Shown here: positions 1-13,212 of the stretch, one piece after another
Layout: every line of letters begins with the position of its first letter
Position numbering within the stretch: the first letter of the stretch is position 1
Origin: Eledone cirrhosa
Taxonomy: Eukaryota
Length of the DNA: 64,000 nt
Direction of reading: 5' to 3'
Assembly (NCBI GenBank): GCA_964016885.1
Contig: OZ024740.1
Span: 69,936,001 to 70,000,000, forward strand
Program-made: the position numbers and the translations under genes
Notes under the pieces: generated by a model
What the model was told of the DNA's origin: nothing
The model's input: the letters and a program-made list of their open reading frames with translations, nothing else
The model's database searches: none

Positions 1-1859
1 AGGATCACAGTACTCCGGTTTGGTGTGATTATCGGTCATGCAACTATGTTGTCGGTGGTTGGATTCAATTCTATTGCCCAGAACGTAGAACTTTGGTGTT
101 GATTGAACATTAACAAGGCAGAGTGAAATCGCATCTGTGGTACAAAACGGTACGCAAGGAAATTCTTCGTCTTCGTTTCATCCGGGTCTAGCAGTCACGT
201 GCAAGAGCCGCTACGTAGTAATTGTGAGGGTAAGCGGTCAAGATAGTAACTGACCGAAAATTCTCCTGGGAATTAAAACAGACATGACAGGTACATTTAG
301 GTCAGCAGTTTCTTCATGTGTACGTGTGTCCGATACACACAGACACATATTTATATGTATTTCAACTCAAAAAATTCAATTGATTCGCTTATTGATATTA
401 TATCTCTGTTGCTCCGATGTGCATGTTGCGATGTTTTGGTCGTGTTTACCATTCACTGTTTTTTTGCCATTACCTTGGAGTGCGATGTTTTGGTCATCAA
501 TATTCCGGCAACCGCATTCCTCTCTTATATTGTGGAGAATGGTGTTCTGGTCCTCAGTAAACATTTGGGTCAGCAGGAGGGGAGGTGGTTTTCAGTTTCA
601 ACTGCGACAATACATATGTGTTACTTTACATATCGTGCTCCTCTCAAAGAAGAGTATTATAGGAGGAATTCATGCTAAACACCACATATAGAGAAGAGTT
701 CTAAACAAATAAATTCTACAGAAAAAAATTCTCTCTCCTAGAGTTCCCTCCAAATAACCTTTCGGCGACACATAGCGAAGTACACAATACATAATATATA
801 ATATATAACATATAGTGTGTTATTACATGAGTGGTTATTCACCTGTATCATACATGAGAGGCAATAGGGAGTGAGGAGGAAGAGGCCCTGCTTTTATGGT
901 GGAGGTTGGGGTGAACTAGTATAAGAATGCATACCTGCATCCATCCGAGTGTACACATGGACAGCGACACACACACTCAAACACGCATATATGTATACAT
1001 TCATGCACACACACACACACGTACACGCACAGACACGCACAGATGATAGAGGCTGGGGTGTATTGTTATATATGGCCATGTGCACAGACATACACACACT
1101 CATACCCACCCATAGATTACGTATGCATACACACACACACGCACGAGAGGTTGGGGTGTATTAGCACATGGGTACATATTCCCCCATATGCATGCGTGCA
1201 CACACACATGCACACACACACGCACACACACATGTATTCGCTTTCACACACACACATACAAGCCCACACTCATCTACACCCAGGCATATAGATCACCACC
1301 CCACTACATACCTGCATATACACAGACACGTGGGGGTGAGCGAGATTTAAGATATACGGAACCTGAAGAGTTAATATAGCGATAGAGGTTTACCCACAAG
1401 ATATAGGGCATATTATATTGGACCCACAGAATGTGATCATGCCGCGGTACTAGCCAGTGCACACATGTGCGCACACATATGCGCCTCTTCACTCCCCGAC
1501 AGACCAACGCCCACGCACATAGGCCCACACACATGTCCACACCCATATTCGATGACATGTACCCACATAGGCGTATTTATGAGGGTCCATAGAGGAGCAA
1601 ATAGGGCAATGAGTCGCAGGGGAGCCTGTAGTACTACGGGGCGGTCGTGCAGCGCAACTTAAGATGAGGGCTAAGACAAAATGCCATGCAGCAGTGGTCT
1701 AACCTAGATGAGAGTATGACATTCCATTTGCTCCACACCGTCTCGTGTCCCAAAATCTATTCTCCCGAAGCTGTAGCCCGGTAGGGGACTGTTCCACCTA
1801 TAGGCTACCTATCTATCTGGGTTATGGGTTGGGGGGGTTATAGTCAAGTAGAGGTATGT

Positions 1860-4430
1860 CTAGGTGGGGGTTGCGTAATATATGTTACGTCTATGTGCTA
1901 GGTTTAAATAGAAGAAGGAACTCAGGATTTTGTGTTGGCAAGAGGAGAAAATTTCAGATTTCCTGTTAAGCAGGTTCAGTTTAGAGTGTATTATGGCATG
2001 GCATTCTATTAAACACAGGTCACAACTCCCGCTCTGCAGTCGGTATGGCGTGGATCTAGTAAGCTTCCTCCAAAAAAGTTTGTATGGGGTACTATTATTT
2101 TTTAAAAAGGAGATGTATCCCGCCAGTGAGGTGGCATTATTATGTCTATCGTGTCTAAATGTGCTTATGTGCGCGTTATATCTAGTTTTAAATGTATTGG
2201 ACGTTGATCCAATATATGTTTTGGTAGAGTTGTATGTGGTTACGTCACATGCATATACGATGTTTTTTCATGAGGCAAGCCCCCCTTAGGGTACAGTTAC
2301 TACTCCGCCTACAATTGCAACTGCGGGTTCGATCAGTTAGCGTACCTCCCGAACTTTGGTTACTAGCATTATCACTAGGTGCCTTTATACCATTAGATGG
2401 CTCAGTGATGCTATTATGTTGCCTATTTCTCAGTGTAGTCGGTTGCTGGTGGTTAACTGCCATTTTAATTGTTTCGAAACCTTCCCTAGTCTTCCTAATG
2501 TTCGTGCGTGCTAGGTGTGATGCGAGGTTAGGTGTGGTCGAATAGGATAATTTAATCACGTTTTTGTTAATTATGTTGCGATATCTATTGCCTGGTGGCA
2601 AGTCTTTTTCTAATAATGAGAAGAATACTCTGGGGAGGTCAGTGAGGACCTCAGAGTTAAAAGGTGGGTTAAAATATATGTTTTTCCTTCTTCTATTTTT
2701 CTTATCTGTGGGGTGAGTCTCGTTACTGTGCGTACTATTTTGTAGGCTTCCGTTATTAACGTTAGTGGCGTTGTCTGTTTTGCTTATGCCCGGATGGTTT
2801 ATATTCATGGCATGACCATTTGCTGCTTTAGAGTTGTGGTGAGAGACTCTAGTACTGTCTCTATATGGTTTACATTTAGCTGGGTTACCGCCATTAGGGT
2901 TCTAACACTTATTCTTGCCTCTAAGTTGGTTAGGCTTTGTGGCCATACTATGTCTGATTATGTTGGTAGGTTTCACACTCATGGTTTGGGAGTCCTTATG
3001 TATATAGAATAATCTATTCCCGTAACCAGATTCTGCTAGGGCCTTGTCATAATACTCTGCATTGGAGTTGAAGATACTCTCATTACAGGACAGTCTGCTA
3101 ATTCTATTAGAGACCCTTTGGGAATTTCGTTTAGGACTGATTTGGGGTGGTTAGAGCTGGCGTTTACATATGTTAGTCTATCATTAGGTTTATGGTAGGG
3201 TGCAAATGTTTTAGTTTCTAGGTCAAGGGTGGCGTCTAGGAAGTTTACTGTTTTGTCATTTGCATCTATGGTAATACTTAGATTAAAGATTTTAAAGAAC
3301 CTACGTAACTGTTTTCTAGTTCTTTCTATATTGCACTTTTTATACTCGAGAGTGAAGAGGGCGTCATCACGATATAAGCAGCCCTTCAGGTGCGGTAATG
3401 TCTCATGTAACTCCTTTAAGAGGTACAATCCTACCAGGTCCGTGACTTGTGCAGAGTCACTAGATCCCATTGTGATGTCGAAGTTATTGGGCGTATACTT
3501 GCGGGTCCACAATTCGTCCTCAAATGTGATTATCGTTTTCCGGGCCGCAAGAATAACATCAATTTGGGACATAGTGAGGTCACTTTTCTGCATGGCCATG
3601 ATAAGGGCCTTATTAAGGAGTATGGGGGAGATTGATGTGTAGTACGCATCGATGTCGAATTGTATAAATTTAAGGGATTTCTGGTTGCTTAGGCTTAAGA
3701 ACCATTTCAAAACCTCTTCTGTATTCTCCCATAGTTCTAGTTTTATTTTCTTCCTGGTGGTAGGTATAACGCCGTCTAGAATTTTCTTACTGATAATCCC
3801 TATATCCGACTTCAATGGGCTAATTAATCTAACAGAGGGTTTACTAATGAAGTCAGCCTTATGGTCTTTAAGGGTGAACCTGGGTTGCCGAGAGGTATAT
3901 GGTTGGGTATACTTTTCCAGGCCTAGTTTATCCACTATGGCGTATGCTTCCTTATTAATTTCATCTAGGTTTGCGCTTGTTGCCTTTTTATAGTTTCTAT
4001 TTAATTCATTGTATATAAACCTGCGATACGTATCATAATTTAACCTATAAATATTTCTGGTTTTATCCGAGGTGACCAGGATATCTCTTTTATCGTTAAA
4101 GCCCTTAACTAAGGTTTCCAGCTTCATCCGGAATTTGTTGCTATTTCTATGGGGGTTTTTAAACTTAATATTCCTTACTAGTGATAGGAGGTCATTCTCA
4201 AATCCATCTAGCATGGAGTTATGGGGCGGGCTCCTATAGGTTTTAAAACCGAATTTATTATTGGGGGACACCGTGGTTGATTTCTTATTTCTCTTATCGA
4301 AGTGGAAAGTGCGCCATCTAATACGCTTAACGAAGGAGTTGACGCTAGCTATCAGTAATTTCTCATAAGTAGTTATGGATGGGGTTGGGATGTTCTTGAG
4401 TGATATAGGTAGGTAGTCTTTAGTTAGCAT
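1860..4430 (-). pseudogene. Neptune-type RT / GIY-YIG endonuclease ORF, frameshifted
   Basis: MLTKDYLPISLKNIP start; RT motifs QFDIDAYYTSI, FDITMGS, LYRDD, FLDATL; YFNPPF; linker CNCRRSSNCTLRGAC; manual translation NIVYAC...TYIGSTSNTFKTRY...CDLCLIE...LLN. Frameshifts near 3115, 2800-3000 and 2262. Confidence 0.92.
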
Positions 4431-4646
4431 GCTGCCAATCAATTATAATCATACACACAAGGTGGACAGGTTATAAGGAGTTAGCTCAACCGGGGGGAGC
4501 CGTAGAAATACTTAGGTTAATAGGACTTAGGTATTGTATACCCGTGTCCCATTAAGGTATTGGCAGCATAATAATTAGCTCTATGCTTTGGAGCAGAGCC
4601 GTATATATGATAAAGAACACAAGAGCGTCTACAACATCAACAAATT

Positions 4647-4706
4647 TTTTATTGGCTTACAATGTTTCTTCCTTACGTAACCGTAGAATTCTTCAGAGCT
4701 ATAAAA
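4647..4706 (-). ncRNA. Type I hammerhead ribozyme (minimal stem III)
   Basis: TTTTATAGCT-CTGAAGA-ATTCTACGGTTACGTAAGGAA-GAAAC-ATT-GTA-AGCCAATAAAA; intact core, imperfect stem I; about 220 nt upstream of the ORF start. Confidence 0.7.
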
Positions 4707-4765
4707 GGGGTTTGACTGGTGTTATAGACTCTACCAACCAAACATTCAAGAACAAAGAGTAAAGA

Positions 4766-6639
4766 GAGTTGTGACCTGTGTTTACTAGAATGCCATGCCA
4801 TAATACACTCTAAACTGAACCTGCTTAACAGGAAATCTGAAATTTTCTCCTCTTTCCAACACAAAATCCTGAGTTCCTTCTTCTATTTTAAACCTAGCAC
4901 ATAGACGTAACATATATTACGCAACCCCCACCTAGACATACCCCTACTTGACTATAACTCTCCCCCCACCCATAAACCAGATAGATAGGTAGCCTATAGG
5001 TGGAACAGTCCCCTAACGGGCTACAGCTTCGGGGGAATAGATTTTGGGACACGAGACGGTGTGGAGCAAATGGAATGTCATACTCTCATCTAGGTTAGAC
5101 CACTGATGGCATTTTGTCTTAGCCCTCATCTTAAGTTGCGCTGCACGACCGCCCCTGCGGCTCATTCACTTATTTGCTCCTCTATGGACCCTCAAAAATA
5201 CGCCTATGTGGGTACATGTCATCGAATATGGGTGTGGACATGTGTGTGGGCCTATGTGCGTGGGCGTTGGTCTGTCAGGGAGTGATGAGGCGTATGTGTG
5301 TGCGCACATGTGTGCACTGGCTAGTACCGCGGCATGATCACATTCTGTGGATCCAATATAATATGCCCTATATCTTGTGGGTAAACCTCTATCGCTATAT
5401 TAACCCCTCAGGTTACGTATATCTTAAATCTCGCTCACCCCCACGTGTCTGTATATATGCATGTATGTAGTGGGGTGGTGATCTATATGCCTGGGTGTAG
5501 ATGAGTGTGGGCTCGTATGTGTGTGTGTGGGCGTGAATACATATGTGTGTGCATGTGTGTGTGCACGCATGCATATGGGGGAATATCTACCCATGTGCTA
5601 ATACACCCCCAACCTCTCGTGCGTGTGTGTGTATATGCATACGTACATCTATGGGTGGGTATGAGTGTGTGTATGTCTGTGCACATGGCCACATATAACA
5701 ATACACCCCAGCCTCTATCATCTGTGTGTGTGTGTGCGTTTGCGTGTGTGTGTGTGCATGAATGTATACATATATGCGTGTTTGAGTGTGTGTGTCGCTG
5801 TCCATGTGTACACTCGGACGGATGCGGGAATGTCTGCGGGTGTGCATTCTTATACTAGTTCACCCCAACCTCCACCATAAAAGCAGGGCCTCTTCCTCCC
5901 CACTCCCTATTGCCTCTCATGTATGATACAGGTGAATATCCACTCATGTAATAACACACTATATGTTATATATTATATATTATGTATTGTGTACTTCGCT
6001 ATGTGTCGCCGAAAGGTTATTTGGAGGGAACTCTAGGAGAGAGAATTTTTTTCTGTAGAATTTTTTTCTGTAGAACTCTTCTCTATATGTGGTGTTTAGC
6101 ATGAATTCCTCCTATAATACTCTTCTTTGAGAGTAGCACGATATGTAAAGTAACACATATGTATTGTCGCAGTTGAAACTGAAAACCACCTCCCCTCCTG
6201 CTGACCCAAATGTTTACTGAGGACCAGAACACCATTCTCCACAATATAAGAGAGGAATGCGCTTGCCGGAATATTGATGACCAAAACATCGCACTCCAAG
6301 GTAATGGCAAAACACAGTGAATGGTAAACACGACCAAAACATCGCAACATGCACATCGGAGCAAAAGAAATATAATATCAATAAGCGAATCAAATGCATT
6401 TTTTGAGTTGAAATACATATAAATATGTGTCTGTGTGTATCGGACACACGTACACATGAAGAAACTGCTGACCTAAATGTACCTGTCATGCCTGTCTGAA
6501 TTCCCAGGAGAATGTTTTCGGTCAGTTACTATCTTGACCGCTTACCCTCACAATTACTACGTAGCGGCTCTTGCACGTGACTGCTAGACCCGGATGAAAC
6601 GAAGACGAAGAATTTCCTTGCGTACCGTTTTGTAACACA
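4766..6639 (+). repeat. Inverted copy of the element 3' end (mirror of 136-2028)
   Basis: Begins gagttgtgacctgtg (reverse complement ends near 2028) and ends ccgttttgtaacaca (mirror of 136-150); scattered substitutions and indels between the arms. Confidence 0.95.
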
Positions 6640-7083
<444 letters not shown>

Positions 7084-7480
7084 AACAACGTTTAGCTAAT
7101 AATGAAAAAGTTTCAAAATAAATTTTAAAAAATTGCATTTACCTGCTATAGTTACCTTTACCGATCGGTTTCGAATCCCAAAAATAAACGGAGACCATAC
7201 GGCCTTCGTTGCAAAGAAAGATTCTCGTCAGAAGGTTCTTTTCATTCGAAGAATATAAAATTCCTGAATTTAAATTACGATCTAGCGCTATCAAAACTGT
7301 TCCTGGGATGAGAGAGGATGATGTAGAAACAGGTTTATCAAGGGCCGAAGTAAAGATAGAGGCAGAAGGAGGTAGGTCAAACCAGCCGCAGCTATCACTA
7401 GCAGCAGTCGGAGCGACCCAATTTGTCTCAACAGTAGAGGAGCGTTCCTTAGCGCCTTGTACGTGAAGGAACTCATATCC

Positions 7481-7483
<3 letters not shown>
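7084..7483 (-). mobile_element. Short non-coding hammerhead-bearing insert between (TA)n tracts (Penelope pLTR fragment or retrozyme)
   Basis: About 400 bp of unique sequence flanked on both sides by (TA)n; contains a canonical hammerhead. Confidence 0.7.
7154..7236 (-). ncRNA. Type I hammerhead ribozyme
   Basis: ACCTT-CTGACGA-GAATCTT...GGGATTC-GAAA-CCGATCGG-TA-AAGGT: perfect 5-bp stem I, 7-bp stem II, palindromic stem III, GUA triplet. Confidence 0.88.
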
Positions 7484-7575
<92 letters not shown>

Positions 7576-7725
7576 CAGTATTTTCCGTTGTGTTGTAATA
7601 GAAATATTACACACAGTAGATTATCAGCTCACGTAGAGTTTGCTCGACGGTTTCAGTTGTAGTTCCAAAAGTAATCCGGAGAAAAATAGAAAGATTTGAA
7701 TGGATACAGTTTAGTTGAAAGGAAT

Positions 7726-7845
7726 TTATTGACACGTGTTTCTATAACAGTTACATAACCTAAAACAGCTGCTATCTACAAACTTTTAGTTATGCAGACA
7801 TTCAATATTTCAATGTTATTATTTACTGTCATTTCATCAGAATAA
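7726..7845 (-). ncRNA. Mirror copy of the 12466-12585 hammerhead
   Basis: Reverse complement within the left arm. Confidence 0.82.
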
Positions 7846-8401
7846 TATTATTGAGGACCTATTTAGTTTTTATAGAGAATATTAGGAGGGAGGGGTGAAG
7901 TTGTTAGAAGAATAGTTGAAGGAGTGGTTTTTCGATAGCAGTGAGAATTCTTGGTGGCAGTGAGTAATTAGATTCCCATCTGTTGTTTTGACATTTTTTA
8001 TAGAATATATTATTGGTTATTTTTCTAAATCTATAGAAGGATTAGAGATAGTAAAGATATGCGTGGTTGGTTTTGTGTTTGCACTTAATTAACATTCAGA
8101 CTTAAATTTTTTTTTTTTTCAAGTGTAAGTATCCTTTCGCCCACGCATTCACACATATATTTGCACACCTCTACAAAATACATATACTCACAATTCACAT
8201 ATTCATACTTACATATATATACACATGCATACACATATATATACACACATGTATTCATGTACATACATACGCGCTCATGTGTATACATTTTCATACTCAA
8301 CTTATCTTTATATACACACGTATAGACACACACATATATACATACATACTCTAGTCCATGTGTACACACATACACATACATACACATCTATATACACATA
8401 T

Positions 8402-8454
<53 letters not shown>

Positions 8455-8723
8455 AGCACTTTAATACATGAATACACTTACATCTAACTATACACATCAA
8501 ACATATATATATATTTACTTATTTATATACATTTTCACATATATATACATACTTATGGACGTTTTTAGACACATTCATTATCGCATATTTGCACCTATTC
8601 TCATCAGCATATCTTTCCATTATTAGTGTGGTAATTTAAGGTTATTAATATATGTTGAGAAGAGATTGTTTTTATATTTTTCTAACTAGATTAAGGTTTA
8701 TATAGTTGGGGGATGTCCCTCTT

Positions 8724-10113
8724 TTATGTAATATTCGGCTTGTAGTGGGAAAAAAGGGTTTTAGTTCTGTGACGGCAGAATAATGTTCGTTCAATTCTGT
8801 TATTCAGCAGTTTCTTCTTGTGTGTGATTATGTAATAAATCTCGAGATTACACAATTTGCAGAAATTTTGGCTCCTGGAAAAGCTTTGGGTTTTAGCTAA
8901 TTTCTCCCATTTTAGGGTAAACTTTTGATCGCTATCCCTGAGCGTCCAAGCTTTTTCTGCTAAAGTTGTTACATTTCTTTGGCTCTGGTGTTTTATTGAG
9001 TAAGAATGCCTATACAATCGAGATTTAAACGATGTTGCCGTTGATCCCACGTAATACCACTCGTTGCCTCCGGATTTAATGGTACACTTATAAATAATAT
9101 TTTTTTCCAGGCAGTTATTGCCGAGGGGGCAGTTGTCAGGATAGGTGCAGTTACAGTTGTGTACGTTGGGTTTTCTCTGGAGTAGTATTGCGGACGAACT
9201 TAGGTGTGGTTTATTTATGTTCTGTAGTGTATTGTCTACTGTTTTTTTTGTGTTCTTTGTACTTAAGTTCTTAGTGTTTTCGTTTAACCTTCTAGTATTG
9301 ATCTTTTTTATGTGTTGTTCAAGGTTTAACGCTGTAGAGTATGACAGTCTTATAGTGGTAGGGTTTAGGATTTTGTGGTATTTGTGTGATGTGGGAAAAT
9401 GTCTTTTAATTATTTTAAAGAAGAGTACTGGTAAATTTGTACTAATGGAACTATTGTATTCGGGGTTATACCATAAGTACTCTTTGCATCGCTTTCTATT
9501 AGTTTTGTTTGTTGGTTTACTGGTGTGCATACTATGGTAGTAAGTGTGGTTTGGTGTTGTGTTATTATATCTACCTATGTGGGATTTATTTTGGGTGTTT
9601 TGATTGTTCCCATCTATGTACTCTATTTTGTTGAGGTAGCCTGCTTTACTAAGGGCGTTATCGTAGTACTCGGCGTGTTCCTTAAATACTTGTATGTTAG
9701 AAGATAGACCCGAGATTCTAAGGGAAATATTTTTAGGGATAGATTTAATTATAGAGATGGGGTGGTTAGACCCAACATTTACGTATTTGAGATTTTCATT
9801 CAATTTATGAAACGGTTTAATCAAACCCGAGTTTAAATTGAGTGTGACATCCAGGAAGTTAACTACTTTAAGGTTGTATTCATATGTTATAGTTAGTCCT
9901 ATTTCGAGTAGTAGTTTTCTTATATCTTTGCGTAGTTTTTCTAGTTTTTGGTTATTAAGGTTTTTAGCTAGGAGGAGAACATCGTCGCGGTATATTCCGC
10001 CGTGGAGATTGCTGAATTTTTCCTGGAGTCTAAAGGCGATAAATAACCCCACAATATCAGTTATTTCCGCCGAATCGTTAGAGCCCATTGTTATGTCAAA
10101 GTTAGAGGGTCTA
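8724..10113 (-). pseudogene. 5'-truncated Neptune RT-thumb / GIY-YIG, reading frame open
   Basis: ORF 8724-10088: MGSNDSAEI, IYRDD, FLDVTL, WYNPEY, CNCTYPDNCPLGNNC, NIIYKC..YYVGST, CKLCNLE. Confidence 0.93.
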
Positions 10114-10114
10114 C

Positions 10115-11586
10115 CTTACAAACGATGAAATTAAGATTATATTAGAAGCTAGGAAAACTATAGTTAAATTTGAGAACAGTTATTGGGTACGTAAAGATAG
10201 ACCCTCTAACTTTGACATAACAATGGGCTCTAACGATTCGGCGGAAATAACTGATATTGTGGGGTTATTTATCGCCTTTAGACTCCAGGAAAAATTCAGC
10301 AATCTCCACGGCGGAATATACCGCGACGATGTTCTCCTCCTAGCTAAAAACCTTAATAACCAAAAACTAGAAAAACTACGCAAAGATATAAGAAAACTAC
10401 TACTCGAAATAGGACTAACTATAACATATGAATACAACCTTAAAGTAGTTAACTTCCTGGATGTCACACTCAATTTAAACTCGGGTTTGATTAAACCGTT
10501 TCATAAATTGAATGAAAATCTCAAATACGTAAATGTTGGGTCTAACCACCCCATCTCTATAATTAAATCTATCCCTAAAAATATTTCCCTTAGAATCTCG
10601 GGTCTATCTTCTAACATACAAGTATTTAAGGAACACGCCGAGTACTACGATAACGCCCTTAGTAAAGCAGGCTACCTCAACAAAATAGAGTACATAGATG
10701 GGAACAATCAAAACACCCAAAATAAATCCCACATAGGTAGATATAATAACACAACACCAAACCACACTTACTACCATAGTATGCACACCAGTAAACCAAC
10801 AAACAAAACTAATAGAAAGCGATGCAAAGAGTACTTATGGTATAACCCCGAATACAATAGTTCCATTAGTACAAATTTACCAGTACTCTTCTTTAAAATA
10901 ATTAAAAGACATTTTCCCACATCACACAAATACCACAAAATCCTAAACCCTACCACTATAAGACTGTCATACTCTACAGCGTTAAACCTTGAACAACACA
11001 TAAAAAAGATCAATACTAGAAGGTTAAACGAAAACACTAAGAACTTAAGTACAAAGAACACAAAAAAACAGTAGACAATACACTACAGAACATAAATAAA
11101 CCACACCTAAGTTCGTCCGCAATACTACTCCAGAGAAAACCCAACGTACACAACTGTAACTGCACCTATCCTGACAACTGCCCCCTCGGCAATAACTGCC
11201 TGGAAAAAAATATTATTTATAAGTGTACCATTAAATCCGGAGGCAACGAGTGGTATTACGTGGGATCAACGGCAACATCGTTTAAATCTCGATTGTATAG
11301 GCATTCTTACTCAATAAAACACCAGAGCCAAAGAAATGTAACAACTTTAGCAGAAAAAGCTTGGACGCTCAGGGATAGCGATCAAAAGTTTACCCTAAAA
11401 TGGGAGAAATTAGCTAAAACCCAAAGCTTTTCCAGGAGCCAAAATTTCTGCAAATTGTGTAATCTCGAGATTTATTACATAATCACACACAAGAAGAAAC
11501 TGCTGAATAACAGAATTGAACGAACATTATTCTGCCGTCACAGAACTAAAACCCTTTTTTCCCACTACAAGCCGAATATTACATAA
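10115..11586 (+). pseudogene. Mirror copy of the Neptune RT / GIY-YIG with a 1-nt poly-A frameshift near 11065
   Basis: ORFs 10223-11074 and 11260-11586 match the minus copy; the frame extends upstream as LTNDEIKIILEARKTIVKFENSYWVRKDRPSNFDIT. Confidence 0.93.
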
Positions 11587-11855
11587 AAGAGGGACATCCC
11601 CCAACTATATAAACCTTAATCTAGTTAGAAAAATATAAAAACAATCTCTTCTCAACATATATTAATAACCTTAAATTACCACACTAATAATGGAAAGATA
11701 TGCTGATGAGAATAGGTGCAAATATGCGATAATGAATGTGTCTAAAAACGTCCATAAGTATGTATATATATGTGAAAATGTATATAAATAAGTAAATATA
11801 TATATATGTTTGATGTGTATAGTTAGATGTAAGTGTATTCATGTATTAAAGTGCT

Positions 11856-11910
<55 letters not shown>

Positions 11911-12465
11911 ATATGTGTATATAGATGTGTATGTATGTGTATGTGTGTACACATGGACTAGAGTATGTATGTATATATGTGTGTGTCTATACGTGTGTAT
12001 ATAAAGATAAGTTGAGTATGAAAATGTATACACATGAGCGCGTATGTATGTACATGAATACATGTGTGTATATATATGTGTATGCATGTGTATATATATG
12101 TAAGTATGAATATGTGAATTGTGAGTATATGTATTTTGTAGAGGTGTGCAAATATATGTGTGAATGCGTGGGCGAAAGGATACTTACACTTGAAAAAAAA
12201 AAAATTTAAGTCTGAATGTTAATTAAGTGCAAACACAAAACCAACCACGCATATCTTTACTATCTCTAATCCTTCTATAGATTTAGAAAAATAACCAATA
12301 ATATATTCTATAAAAAATGTCAAAACAACAGATGGGAATCTAATTACTCACTGCCACCAAGAATTCTCACTGCTATCGAAAAACCACTCCTTCAACTATT
12401 CTTCTAACAACTTCACCCCTCCCTCCTAATATTCTCTATAAAAACTAAATAGGTCCTCAATAATA

Positions 12466-12585
12466 TTATTCTGATGAAATGACAGTAAATAATAACATTG
12501 AAATATTGAATGTCTGCATAACTAAAAGTTTGTAGATAGCAGCTGTTTTAGGTTATGTAACTGTTATAGAAACACGTGTCAATAA
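12466..12585 (+). ncRNA. Type I hammerhead ribozyme with long stem II insertion
   Basis: TTATT-CTGATGA-A-ATGACAGT...ACTGTTAT-A-GAAA-CACGTG-TC-AATAA. Confidence 0.82.
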
Positions 12586-12617
12586 ATTCCTTTCAACTAA
12601 ACTGTATCCATTCAAAT

Positions 12618-12621
<4 letters not shown>

Positions 12622-12678
<57 letters not shown>

Positions 12679-12912
12679 CATACATATATACATATATATA
12701 TATATACATATATATATATACATTTATATATATATACATATATATATATACATATATATATATATACAAACATATATATATATATATACAAACATATATA
12801 TAACATAGGCATACAAACATATATATAACATAGGCATATATATATATATATAACATAGGCATACATACATATATATAACATAGGCATACATACATATACC
12901 CATAGGTATATT
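12622..12912. repeat. (TA)n grading into an ATATAACATAGGCATAC-like minisatellite
   Basis: About 4-5 units containing cataggcata at 12800-12910. Confidence 0.85.
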
Positions 12913-13117
12913 ACAGAGCTGGATAAAACGTTTTGTAGCATCCTGCATCCTCCGTTCAAATCACAGTGATCAACTTTGCCATTCGTCTTTTTATTGTGGT
13001 AGATAAGTCGAATAGATAGAGTGTCGGATAAGATTCCGACTACTTAATATCGGAATTCAAATTCCTTCGCTCGTTATCGACCAACATTCAGTAAATGTAT
13101 CCTTTTTGTACATGCAG

Positions 13118-13212
13118 ATTCACTCTACATCACAATTGGGAGCTGCCTACAAAAAGTTGATACCTGAAAATTATATCCCATATTTGTATATTACAGGATT
13201 GAAGACGGACAT
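13118..13212 (+). other. Possible isolated exon
   Basis: cctttttgtacatgcag acceptor, gtaagt donor, open frame IHSTSQLGAAYKKLIPENYIPYLYITGLKTD; no homology recognised. Confidence 0.25.

Larger units (their letters stand above)
1..6639 (-). mobile_element. Penelope-like retroelement (Neptune-type), near full length, with inverted copy of its 3' end; probably continues left of the window
   Basis: Minus-strand RT plus C-terminal GIY-YIG; about 1.9 kb inverted repeats (136-2028 / 4766-6639); hammerhead upstream of the ORF; right end abuts (TA)n. Confidence 0.93.
7577..12621. mobile_element. Second Neptune-type element as a 5'-truncated fold-back palindrome
   Basis: Near-identical arms 7690-10113 and 10198-12621; 84-bp spacer of RT-coding sequence; (TA)n on both flanks. 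Confidence 0.95.

Noticed and set aside
136-6639. DNA transposon with long TIRs
   Set aside because: The interior encodes RT and GIY-YIG, and the arm duplicates the ORF's own 3' end.
12800-12910. CRISPR-like repeat-spacer array
   Set aside because: Spacers are TA/CATA slippage products; eukaryotic context with no cas genes.
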